Source: an uncultured Planctomycetales bacterium
GTDB lineage: Bacteria; Omnitrophota; Gorgyraeia; Zapsychrales; Fredricksoniimonadaceae
Reading direction: 5' to 3'
Length of the DNA stretch: 64,000 bases
Assembly (NCBI GenBank): GCA_964483785.1
Contig: CAZACW010000004.1
Coordinates: forward strand, 6,794-70,793
Position numbers and translations under genes: made by a program. The notes beneath the pieces are model-generated. The model was not told the DNA's origin, did no database searches, and saw only the letters and a program-made list of their open reading frames with translations. This document shows positions 27,846-36,357 of this stretch, in pieces (within the stretch, counting starts at the first letter, position 1; every line of letters starts with the position of its first letter).

Positions 27846-29141
27846 CTATTTGATGCCTGCCTGCTTGAAAATTTTGTCCCTGTGGCGGATGTAGTATTTG
27901 ATGTCGAAGCAGGCATTGATCTCGTTTTGCGAGAGAAATTTGCGCACCTTGCGGTCCCTGAAAAGCACGTCCTTGAATTCCGTGCTTTCCTGCCAGACCT
28001 GCATGGCGCAGGCCTGGATGATCTCGTAGGCCGCGTCCCTGGTGAGGCCTTTTTTCATCAATTCCAGCAGAATGCGCTGGGAATAAATCAGCCCCCGGGT
28101 CTTGGAGAGATTGGCGATCATGTTTTTGGGATACACCAGCAGGCCTTCGATGATGGGCAGGAATTTGTTGAGCATGTAATTCAAGGCGATGGTCGAATCC
28201 GGAAGGATCACGCGCTCCGCCGAGGAATGGCTGATGTCGCGCTCGTGCCAGAGATTGATGTTTTCCATGGCCACGATGGAATTGGCGCGCAGGATGCGCG
28301 AAAGGCCGCAGATGCGCTCGCAGGTGACGGGATTGCGCTTGTGCGGCATGGCCGAGGAGCCGATCTGGCCCTTGAAAAACGGCTCTTCCACTTCCAGAAG
28401 CTCGGTTTTCTGCAGGGCCCGGATTTCCGTGGCGAATTTTTCGAGCGAAGAGCCGATGATGGCCAGCACCATGAGAAAATGCGCGTGCGGGTCGCGCTGG
28501 ATGATTTGGGTCGCCACATTGGCGGGCTTAAGGCTGAGCTGCTGGCAGACATATTCTTCCACATGCGGGTCGATGTTGGCGTAGGTCCCGACGGCGCCGG
28601 AGAGTTTGCCGAAGCGCATGCCTTCGCGGGCCGCCTGCAGGCGCTCCAGGTTGCGGTTCATCTCGTCGTACCAGATGGCCATTTTCAGGCCGAAGGTCGT
28701 GGGCTCCGCGTGCACGCCGTGGGTACGGGCGATGCATACCGCGTCCTTGTACTTTTTGGCCTTGTCTTTTAAGGCCGCTGTGATTTTCTTGATGTCCGCA
28801 ATCAGGATGTCCGCCGCCTCGACGCATTGGATGGACAGCGAGGTGTCCAGAAGGTCCGAGGAGGTCATGCCCATGTGCAGGTACTGGGCCTCGGGGCCCA
28901 GGCTTTGGCCGACGCTTTGGATAAAGGCCACCACATCGTGCTTGGTGCGCTCTTCCAGGCGCCGCACCTCTTCCAGGTCGAATTTCGCGTTTTTGCGGAT
29001 CTTTTCCATGGCGGCTTTGGGGATAAGCCCTAATTTGGTCATGGCTTCACAGGACAGCACCTCGATCTTGAGCATGATTTCCATCTTATGCTCATCAGAC
29101 CAAATACGGCTCATCTTGGACAGGGAATAACGGTCGATCAT
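27846..29141 (-). CDS. purB: Adenylosuccinate lyase.
   Basis: The 431-aa product belongs to the fumarate lyase superfamily (GSSAMPHKRNP motif). Confidence 0.95.
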   Translation of the reverse strand: MIDRYSLSKMSRIWSDEHKMEIMLKIEVLSCEAMTKLGLIPKAAMEKIRKNAKFDLEEVRRLEERTKHDVVAFIQSVGQSLGPEAQYLHMGMTSSDLLDTSLSIQCVEAADILIADIKKITAALKDKAKKYKDAVCIARTHGVHAEPTTFGLKMAIWYDEMNRNLERLQAAREGMRFGKLSGAVGTYANIDPHVEEYVCQQLSLKPANVATQIIQRDPHAHFLMVLAIIGSSLEKFATEIRALQKTELLEVEEPFFKGQIGSSAMPHKRNPVTCERICGLSRILRANSIVAMENINLWHERDISHSSAERVILPDSTIALNYMLNKFLPIIEGLLVYPKNMIANLSKTRGLIYSQRILLELMKKGLTRDAAYEIIQACAMQVWQESTEFKDVLFRDRKVRKFLSQNEINACFDIKYYIRHRDKIFKQAGIK

Positions 29142-29282
29142 GAACTCTCTCCTTCTGGACTTAACATATTGTGGGAGTAGGGGAAATCAAAGGCGGGTGA
29201 TACTATAACAGAGAAAAAATGGAAGGTCAATCTAAAAAAATGCAGTAAATACCTAAACTATTGGGAATTAATGGTTTAAGTA

Positions 29283-29355
29283 ATTTTGTTTGGCAGACCA
29301 TCCGGACCTGTCCTGGACATAAAAAACCATCACAACCCCGGGGGTTGTGATGGTT
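29283..29355. terminator. REP-like palindrome acting as a probable bidirectional intrinsic terminator.
   Basis: The sequence aaaaaacc-atcacaaccccgggggttgtgat-ggttttttg has an A-run and a T-run flanking the perfect palindrome. It is preceded by the family flank tttggcagaccatccgg. Confidence 0.6.
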
Positions 29356-29361
29356 TTTTGA

Positions 29362-30039
29362 TCAGGCGCCTTGCTTGACTTCCGGAAATTTTTCTTCCAT
29401 ATATTTGACGCTTTCCTGCACGCTTTCCTTCATGAGAATGGGCAGGGTATTGATCAATTTCTTGCCCTCATCCGACCCGTAAAAAGAAATGAAAGCCTTC
29501 AGGTCATCACTGGAAAAATTGCGGTCATATAAAGGCAGAAGACGGTCAATGATTTCATCGACCTTGACGCGCTGGCGGATTTTTTGGGCCTCGTCCGGCT
29601 TTTCTTTTTCGATTTGTGAGAGCATCGCGTCAAAATTATTGATCAGGGCCTGGCGGGTGCCGAAGACCTCGATGAATTTCAAAATCAGGGCCTTTTTGTC
29701 AGGGTCCATGCTCCCGGCGGTATTGGCCGGCGCTGCTGTTTCCGTTGGCTGGGCCGCGGCGTCAGGGGCCTCCGGCGCTGCTGCTGCGGGTGCCGCCGGT
29801 GCAGCCGCCGGTGCGGCGGCTGCGGCCCCAAAGGCCTGCCCGTCGACGTCCTTGATTTCGTCGGCATAATAGGTCATGGTGACCCCGTCCACGCTGATCT
29901 GCAGGCTTTTATTGTCCTGCTTGATGATATCGCCCTGCACCGAACGTCCGTCGTTAAGATTGACCGTCACGGCCAAGGCCAAGGCCGGCGGGCAGATTAA
30001 AAAAACAGAGATCAAGGCCGTTCCTAAAAAATTGCGCAT
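29362..30039 (-). CDS. Secreted protein with an Ala/Pro-rich linker; the C-terminal domain is possibly DUF2059-like.
   Basis: The signal peptide MRNFLGTALISVFLICPPALALA is followed by a (A/P)-rich low-complexity tract and a helical C-domain. The start is set at ATG 30039. Confidence 0.5.
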   Translation of the reverse strand: MRNFLGTALISVFLICPPALALAVTVNLNDGRSVQGDIIKQDNKSLQISVDGVTMTYYADEIKDVDGQAFGAAAAAPAAAPAAPAAAAPEAPDAAAQPTETAAPANTAGSMDPDKKALILKFIEVFGTRQALINNFDAMLSQIEKEKPDEAQKIRQRVKVDEIIDRLLPLYDRNFSSDDLKAFISFYGSDEGKKLINTLPILMKESVQESVKYMEEKFPEVKQGA

Positions 30040-30115
30040 AAAAACCTCTTTCTTAATAAAGAAGGGATATAAGGAATATTTGTGATAAACCAAGCTGTAT
30101 GATACACTATCGGCC

Positions 30116-31198
30116 ATGATTGAGCAAATACGAAAAAATATTGACCGCAGCCTTTCCTCGTTTCTTGACACGGTCAAGCGCGACTACAAACTGCATTTGG
30201 TCTCTCCCATCCTGTTTGAGAGCATCCGCGAATTCACCCTGCGGGAAGGCAAGCGCCTGCGGCCCCTGCTTTTGGTCTTGACCTACAAAGGCTATGCCCC
30301 GGCCTCCAAAAAAATTTCCCGCAAGCTCTACAACGCCTCCACCTGCATGGAATTCCTGCACAATTTCATGCTGATCCACGACGATATCATCGACCGCTCG
30401 GACCTGCGCCGCGGCCGGCCCACCATGCACAAGGTGCTGGAAGCCACGGTCAAAAGCAGCGCCCCGCAAAAATTGGGCATCGATTTGGGGATCATCGCCG
30501 GGGACATTGTCTATGCCCTGGCCATCGACGCCTTTCTGTCCATCGACGAGAAGCTCCAGCGCAAGGAGCGGGCCCTGAAATATTTCATCCAGACCGCGGC
30601 CTTCACGGCCATGGGCGAATTCATCGACACGGTCAGCGGCGTCAAGCCCATCGCCGAGGTGGATGAAAAAGAGGTCTTTCTCAATTACACCCTCAAGACC
30701 GCCCGCTACACCTTTGACTGCCCCATGGTCACCGGCGCCATCCTCTCCGGCGCCGACGACCGCGAAATCGAAAAAATATCGCGCTTCGGCATCCTCATCG
30801 GCCAGGCCTTCCAGGTGCAGGATGATATCATCGGGATCTTTGAGACCGAGGCCAATATCGGCAAATCCATTTTAAGCGATCTGGCGGAAGGCAAGAAAAC
30901 CCTGCTGGTGACCCATGCCTTCAGTGTTTTGCCTAAAAGGCCACGGGCCAGGTTCTTGAAGATCTTCGCCAAGAAAACCAAGACGCTCAAAGACCTGGAA
31001 ACAGTCAAAAAAATCTTTGTAGAGGCCAAAAGCCTGGATTACGCTTTAAACGCCATTAACCGCAGGCTCGACGAAGCGCAGACAATCCTCGAGGCCTTAA
31101 AAATGAACCCCGAATCCAAGGGCCTGCTGAAAGCTTCCCTGCTTAAACTCTTCAACCATTCCCAAAGGATCGCCGCCTCATATCAAGCGGCTGGATAA
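30116..31198 (+). CDS. Polyprenyl diphosphate synthase (trans-isoprenyl diphosphate synthase; GGPP/FPP synthase-like).
   Basis: The product has the first Asp-rich motif LIHDDIIDRSDLRRGRP and a second DDxxD region (FQVQDDIIG). Confidence 0.8.
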   Translation: MIEQIRKNIDRSLSSFLDTVKRDYKLHLVSPILFESIREFTLREGKRLRPLLLVLTYKGYAPASKKISRKLYNASTCMEFLHNFMLIHDDIIDRSDLRRGRPTMHKVLEATVKSSAPQKLGIDLGIIAGDIVYALAIDAFLSIDEKLQRKERALKYFIQTAAFTAMGEFIDTVSGVKPIAEVDEKEVFLNYTLKTARYTFDCPMVTGAILSGADDREIEKISRFGILIGQAFQVQDDIIGIFETEANIGKSILSDLAEGKKTLLVTHAFSVLPKRPRARFLKIFAKKTKTLKDLETVKKIFVEAKSLDYALNAINRRLDEAQTILEALKMNPESKGLLKASLLKLFNHSQRIAASYQAAG

Positions 31199-32263
31199 TT
31201 CATCCAGCACCAGGCGGCCGCGGCCGGTGGCCTGCAAACGGCCGTCCTTTAAAACGAAAAATCCGTCGCGGATCCAGTCCTTGACCTTGGACTGCCTGTC
31301 TTGCGGCAATAAATCCCAGGGCACGCCCTCATTCATTCTCAGGCCAAAAAGCACCTGTTCCATCCGCCGCTGGTCCTCATTCAAATCCTCATGGCCTTCG
31401 CGCGCATCAGAGCCTTTGTCCATGCGCTCAAGATACTCCTTGAGCCGGGGCGTGTTCCAGTATCGGCGGCGTCCGTCGAAACCATGGGCGCCGACCCCAA
31501 GGCCGATATAGGCGCCGCCCTGCCAGTAATTCCGGTTATGCCGGGATTCAAAACCCGGCCTGGAAAAATTGCTGATCTCATACTGCGCAAAGCCGCTTTC
31601 AGAGAGCATGGTTTCGATCAGCTGAAAATGTCCGGCCAGGGTTTCCTCATCATCTAATTTCATCTGCACGGCGCCGAAGCGGCTGTCAGGCTCAATGGTC
31701 AGGGCATACAGGGAGATATGCTTAGGATCCAGGGCCGTAATGGCCCGGACATCCTGCTGTAAATCCTGGCGCGTCTGGCCCGGAAACGCATACATTAAAT
31801 CCACATTGATATTGCTCAATCCCGCTTCGCGCACGATGGCCACGGCCTCTCTGGCGCGCGCGGGCCCATGGCCCCTTCCTAAAAATTTCAGATACCGCGC
31901 GTCCATGCTTTGCACCCCTAAGCTGACGCGGTTAAACCCAAATTTTTTAAAAATCGCGGCTTTCGCGGCATCGATGCTTTCGGGATTGGCTTCGATGGAT
32001 ATTTCCGCATCGGCATCGATCACAAAATTTTTCCGGACCGCCTCCATCAATATTTCAAAATGATTTTCTTCAAGCAGACTCGGGGTGCCGCCTCCGCAAT
32101 AAAGCGTCTTCAGGCGCTGACCCTGGTGCGGCCCCATTTCTTGGACCAGGGCCCGCACATACTCTTCCCGTCGGTGTTCCTGGCCCACGGCGATGGTGAA
32201 CGAACAGAAGAGACATTTGCGGCTGCAGAAGGGAAGATGGATGTACAACGAGGCAGGCGGCAT
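31178..32263 (-). CDS. hemW: Radical SAM family heme chaperone HemW (HemN-like oxygen-independent coproporphyrinogen oxidase family).
   Basis: The product begins MPPASLYIHLPFCSRKCLFCSF..., with a CxxxCxxC motif and the HemN fold. It is 361 aa long. Confidence 0.8.
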   Translation of the reverse strand: MPPASLYIHLPFCSRKCLFCSFTIAVGQEHRREEYVRALVQEMGPHQGQRLKTLYCGGGTPSLLEENHFEILMEAVRKNFVIDADAEISIEANPESIDAAKAAIFKKFGFNRVSLGVQSMDARYLKFLGRGHGPARAREAVAIVREAGLSNINVDLMYAFPGQTRQDLQQDVRAITALDPKHISLYALTIEPDSRFGAVQMKLDDEETLAGHFQLIETMLSESGFAQYEISNFSRPGFESRHNRNYWQGGAYIGLGVGAHGFDGRRRYWNTPRLKEYLERMDKGSDAREGHEDLNEDQRRMEQVLFGLRMNEGVPWDLLPQDRQSKVKDWIRDGFFVLKDGRLQATGRGRLVLDELSSRLI

Positions 32264-32349
32264 AAAAATTTATGAAAAAATTTTTTGCATATAAATGAAT
32301 TAATGGTAATATCTTAATAACAAATCAATCTTTAAGAAAGGAGCTATTC

Positions 32350-32397
32350 ATGGCTACCAAGAAAAAAGCAAAAAAGAAAACAGCTAAGAAGAAATAA
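32350..32397 (+). CDS. 15-aa lysine-rich micro-ORF (MATKKKAKKKTAKKK).
   Basis: An ATG with a good SD (aaggagctattcATG) lies in an AT-rich promoter-like region, and a hairpin terminator follows directly at 32418-32452. The ORF is too short to be called by composition alone. Confidence 0.35.
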   Translation: MATKKKAKKKTAKKK

Positions 32398-32417
32398 CTG
32401 TTAGTGGATCAAGCATT

Positions 32418-32452
32418 TTCATAAAACCCTTTGAATGATTTCAGAGGGTTTT
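32418..32452 (+). terminator. Hairpin terminator after the micro-ORF.
   Basis: The sequence aaaaccctttgaa-tgatt-tcagagggtttt is followed by a T-rich run (atgtttgtgg). Confidence 0.5.
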
Positions 32453-32481
32453 ATGTTTGTGGCCTCCCTACCGGCCACTCC

Positions 32482-33213
32482 TTACGGTCGTGGTCTCCCT
32501 ACCGGCCACTCCCGACGGTCGTAGAAAACCCCCACAAAAACAATTCCCAATTCATATAAGAGAAGCAGAGGCAGGGCCAGGACCATCATGGACACGATGT
32601 CCGGCGGGGCGAGCAAGGCCGCGACGACGAGGATGATCAGCACGGCGTGGCGCCTCATCTGGCGCAGGTATTCCGGCGAGGCGATGCCGATCTTGGCCAG
32701 AAAGGCCAGCACCAGAGGAAGCTCAAAGGCCGCACCGAAGGCCACGATCATGTGCCCCAAAAACCCGAGATAATTTTTGACCGTCACCATCGGCACCAGA
32801 TACGCGGAAGAAAAACCCATCAAGAATCCGTAGGCCCTGGGCACGGCGATGAAATACGCGAACGCGGCGCCTGCCAAAAAAAACAAAAGGGAGAGCGGTG
32901 CAAAAACCACGACGAATTTTTTTTCGGAAGGCTTGAGGGCCGAGGCCACAAAGGCCCAGGCCTGGTAACAAATAAACGGCGAGGCCAAAAGCAGGGCCAT
33001 GACCGTGCCCACCGTCATGTAGGTCGAAAACGCCTCCGTCGGCGCTGTAAACACCAGACGGCCGGCAGGCGCGATCAGCACCGGGATGAGCTTGCCGATA
33101 TACCCCCAGCAAAAACAGAAGGCCAGAACAAAAGCGCCCGCGGACTTTAATGTCCGCGAGCGCAATTCTTCCATGTGCTTGAAAAAGGACTGGAATAAGG
33201 ACTGAAACGTCAC
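32482..33213 (-). CDS. tatC: Twin-arginine translocase subunit TatC.
   Basis: The 243-aa product has 6 TM helices and TatC-like N-terminal H(L/M)xELRxR (HMEELRSR). It starts at a GTG that overlaps the tatA stop (GTGA). Confidence 0.85.
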   Translation of the reverse strand: MTFQSLFQSFFKHMEELRSRTLKSAGAFVLAFCFCWGYIGKLIPVLIAPAGRLVFTAPTEAFSTYMTVGTVMALLLASPFICYQAWAFVASALKPSEKKFVVVFAPLSLLFFLAGAAFAYFIAVPRAYGFLMGFSSAYLVPMVTVKNYLGFLGHMIVAFGAAFELPLVLAFLAKIGIASPEYLRQMRRHAVLIILVVAALLAPPDIVSMMVLALPLLLLYELGIVFVGVFYDRREWPVGRPRP

Positions 33214-33383
33214 TTGGCGCCGGGTTCGACGGGCTTTTTGATTTCCTCTTCGGCCCCCTGCAGGTTCTTTTTGAATTCACGGATGGCGCGGCCCAGGGAA
33301 GCCCCCACTTCCGGCAGTTTCTGGGCGCCGAACAGAAGAATAAACACGGCCAAGATCAATATCAATTCAGGCAAACGTCCCAT
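33210..33383 (-). CDS. tatA: Twin-arginine translocase subunit TatA/E.
   Basis: Manual translation gives MGRLPELILILAVFILLFGAQKLPEVGASLGRAIREFKKNLQGAEEEIKKPVEPGAK (57 aa). It is absent from the ORF track because it is under 60 aa. Confidence 0.85.
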   Translation of the reverse strand: MGRLPELILILAVFILLFGAQKLPEVGASLGRAIREFKKNLQGAEEEIKKPVEPGAK

Positions 33384-33458
33384 AAACGGTCTCCTTTGGG
33401 AATTTATGTTCTATTGGCTGGTATTTTATAAGGAATGGCGCCGGGCGACAAGGAAAAT

Positions 33459-35177
33459 TTATTTCTGGGCCTGCAGTTTTTTGACCTTGTCCTGCAAAGC
33501 ATCGACTTGGTTTTGTAACCCATTGACCTGCGCTTTTAGCTCCTTGATGGACTGCAGAAGGACTGCGGAGAATTTACCGTAATCAATGCCCAGATATTCC
33601 TGCCCGTTGATCTTGTTGGAGGCCACCAATTCCGGATAAACCTTCTGCAGTTCCTGGGCAAGCAAGCCGATGCTTTTTTGGCCTGGCTTAAGTCCTATGT
33701 TACGGGACAACTGGTTCCATTCAAAGGACACGCCATGCAATTGGTTGATTTTGGACAATGTATCCGGCAATGAAACTATGTTCTGTTTTAAACGCATGTC
33801 CGAAGCGCCGGTGACGGTGCCTGAGGCCCAAATATTGCCCGTAACGCTCATGTTACCCGTCTGGTTATAGCTGCCGTTAACGATTAAATTGCTGTTGAGA
33901 TTAAGGTTATTGAGAGTGTCAAATAAAGCTTGGCTGGCAGGGTTATTAGCGACACGAAAAACTATATCGTTTCCTGCCGGCCGGTTTAAATAAAGATGCT
34001 GGTCCGTAGGACTGCTCAAAATATTGTATTGGACGCATCCAGCCGAGGTGGCGGTCTGCCCCAGCGTCAAGCCCACATAATTAGGACCGCAGCCCGCGGT
34101 CCCGATTTGGGCCACGCCTGTTCCCTCGCCTTTGACAGAGAGCGTATTGATGGGAGATGCATAGTCAATGCCTAAATTGCCGCTGCCATTGACATAAAGG
34201 CTGTTGGCCGGAGCATTCCAGGCCACGCCAAACTGAGAAGTAGCGCTGCCCATATCAAAAAAACCGAAATTATAACTCGCATCATAACCCAACACCATCT
34301 GCCGGCACCCTGCCGGACAGGTTGCCCCGGAAGTCCTGCCTATGGACACCTGCCCATTGACTGCGGCGGGGGCATTAAATGCGCCGACCTGGAGCATGTA
34401 GGCAGGGGCAGTTGCCCCGATGCCGACATTGCCGTTGGTGTCGATGCGCATGCGTTCTGTGGGCGTTCCGCCGGGCGATGAGTTCGTACTGGGCGAGGTT
34501 GAAAATGTCAGAAACCCGCCCCATCCCCCGGAATCAACTCCGCTGATTTGGGCCATATTAAGGACATCATTATTGTTGGTAAAAAGAATGGAGCTTCCAT
34601 TGCCGCCATTTCCGTTCACAGAATTTAATCTAAGCAAGTTCCCTAAAGTGGCGTTGCCGGTATCATGGGTGATTTCCAACGAAGCTTGGGGTGTTGTATT
34701 ATTCCCAATGCCGACATTGTTTAAGTAGGTCCCGAAGACCAATTGGGCCGCAGGATTGGTGCCAATGACAAAGGGTGATCCCGCAGGACCATTCAGGTTA
34801 AATACCCTAAATCCCGCATCAGCGGCATCTCCGTCCCAATTTAAATAGACATTAAATATATTCCATTGGCCGGTCAAATCAAGGTTTCCCGTAGCACCGT
34901 CCATGAAAAACGTCCATGGGCTATCAAAATTATTTCCGATGGTCAATGGAGTCCCCCAAGTGGCCGTGGGTGATTCCAGAACAGATGAACCTAAAACATC
35001 CAGCACGTCCGTCCCGACAAAGGTGCCGATGCCGACATTATTGGAAGAAAGGTGATTGTAATTGCCGCTGGGGGCAGGGTAATACGTGGTGAGGGTGGTC
35101 GTTCCGGCATAGACCGCAAGAGCGCCAAGCATTAAAAAAGCCGCTGTGCTAAACAAAAGGCCAAGCTTTTTCATCAA
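33459..35177 (-). CDS. Secreted Gly/Asn/Thr-rich fibre protein with a C-terminal peptidase S74 (intramolecular chaperone auto-processing, tail-fibre/endosialidase-type) domain.
   Basis: The product has a signal peptide and a long G/N/T/S-rich beta-helix-like body. Its C-terminus, ...ASDMRLKQNIVSLPDTLSKINQLHGVSFEWN...IGLLAQELQKVYPELV..., matches the S74 chaperone domain (SD-RLK-NI motif) and ends in a coiled coil. Confidence 0.75.
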   Translation of the reverse strand: MMKKLGLLFSTAAFLMLGALAVYAGTTTLTTYYPAPSGNYNHLSSNNVGIGTFVGTDVLDVLGSSVLESPTATWGTPLTIGNNFDSPWTFFMDGATGNLDLTGQWNIFNVYLNWDGDAADAGFRVFNLNGPAGSPFVIGTNPAAQLVFGTYLNNVGIGNNTTPQASLEITHDTGNATLGNLLRLNSVNGNGGNGSSILFTNNNDVLNMAQISGVDSGGWGGFLTFSTSPSTNSSPGGTPTERMRIDTNGNVGIGATAPAYMLQVGAFNAPAAVNGQVSIGRTSGATCPAGCRQMVLGYDASYNFGFFDMGSATSQFGVAWNAPANSLYVNGSGNLGIDYASPINTLSVKGEGTGVAQIGTAGCGPNYVGLTLGQTATSAGCVQYNILSSPTDQHLYLNRPAGNDIVFRVANNPASQALFDTLNNLNLNSNLIVNGSYNQTGNMSVTGNIWASGTVTGASDMRLKQNIVSLPDTLSKINQLHGVSFEWNQLSRNIGLKPGQKSIGLLAQELQKVYPELVASNKINGQEYLGIDYGKFSAVLLQSIKELKAQVNGLQNQVDALQDKVKKLQAQK

Positions 35178-35313
35178 TTCTAATATACCCTATTTAGAGG
35201 ATTGAAGCAAGTAATCCCGGTTTTAATTAGGAAACCCTTTCAAGGCCGGTCAAAGAGCGTCACGGCGCTTTCTTGATTGCCATATCTTCTTTTCTCATAT
35301 AAACTTAGCTCTT

Positions 35314-36357
35314 ATGACCCCAACTCTTTTCAGGCCTTTGGCCCGCTTAAATGCCGATAATCTGTATTTTGACCAGAGGAAATTTGACCCTACCCATCAA
35401 GAAATCACCAAGGTCTGCGCTTTCTTCGGATTGGGTAGACTCCAAGGGTTTGAAAAGGAGAAAAACATCGCGTTTTCCCATTCCAATTTCATTGTTTTTG
35501 CCCAAACATCTAAAGGCTGCTTTGCCCTCAAATTTTATCCGCCGTATGCGCTTCAATCCATCAAAACAGAATGGGTCATCAACCAAATCCTCATCAGACA
35601 GAGTTTCCCCACCCCAGCCATGTACTCAAACCCGGGGAAGGGCCCTTGCATTGCGTGCCATGGCCGGCTGGCCGCCTGTTATTCCTATATAAAGGGACAA
35701 CCCGCCTGGCAAATTTTAAACAAACGGGGTCTTTTCCCTAATATAATCGGAATACTCTTTGTTCTAAAGAATCTCTTGTCCCGCCATGCCGCCAAAATCC
35801 CTTTACCATTCTCAAAGGACCTGGCCTTGACGATCAGCGATTTGACCCGGGAATCTAAGGATCTTATGCCTTATGATCATCAAGAACTGGTTCAATCCAT
35901 CTTGATCAACAGTTTGAAAAGCTTTCGCCAAAACCGGGGTTCGTTCATCTGCCAAGGGCTCCATAATAATGCTTCATTATCCAATTTCATCCTTAACGCC
36001 AAAGGCCTTTATGCCTTGGACCTGGCCCACGTCCAAGAAGACTATAGAGGCAAGGACCTTGTCTCTTTATGCGTTTCCTGTCTGTTCTTTGGACTTTCCC
36101 AAGGGGCCATCAGGACCATCGTCAAACAATACTTCCTCATCCATGGCCTAAAGCCGGAATATCATACGGTATTTCAAACGCTTTTCGATGTGGATTTGAT
36201 TAAGGAATATTTAAAAAATGTCCGGCGCGAAAAGGCCGTGGATGGCCAACAAGCATCGCAATATATCCGCCAATACCGCTTGGCACTCGCCCAACGAAAA
36301 AAATCGATCACCGGCCTATGGAAGAAATCCAGCAGATCTGCCGCTTTTTTGATTTAG
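35314..36357 (+). CDS. Aminoglycoside phosphotransferase (APH)/homoserine kinase II-like kinase-fold protein.
   Basis: The 347-aa product has the catalytic-loop/Brenner motif (...QGLHNNASLSNF...YALDLAHVQEDYRGKDL) of the APH/ChoK family. Confidence 0.65.
   Translation: MTPTLFRPLARLNADNLYFDQRKFDPTHQEITKVCAFFGLGRLQGFEKEKNIAFSHSNFIVFAQTSKGCFALKFYPPYALQSIKTEWVINQILIRQSFPTPAMYSNPGKGPCIACHGRLAACYSYIKGQPAWQILNKRGLFPNIIGILFVLKNLLSRHAAKIPLPFSKDLALTISDLTRESKDLMPYDHQELVQSILINSLKSFRQNRGSFICQGLHNNASLSNFILNAKGLYALDLAHVQEDYRGKDLVSLCVSCLFFGLSQGAIRTIVKQYFLIHGLKPEYHTVFQTLFDVDLIKEYLKNVRREKAVDGQQASQYIRQYRLALAQRKKSITGLWKKSSRSAAFLI

Noticed and set aside
26904-28772. 622-aa plus-strand ORF spanning purL, purC and purB antisense.
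   Set aside because: It lies antisense to three well-supported pur genes and has no recognisable motifs. It is a typical high-GC shadow ORF.
584-29355. Repeated palindromes as a possible CRISPR array.
   Set aside because: The copies are dispersed over ~29 kb at irregular intervals in intergenic sites and are self-complementary. They are not regularly spaced direct repeats with unique spacers, and there are no cas genes.
33459-35177. Prophage inferred from the tail-fibre/S74-domain protein.
   Set aside because: No integrase, terminase, capsid, portal, tail tube/sheath or lysis genes are in the flanking regions. The neighbours are tatAC and kinase genes. It was therefore treated as a cellular fibre protein.
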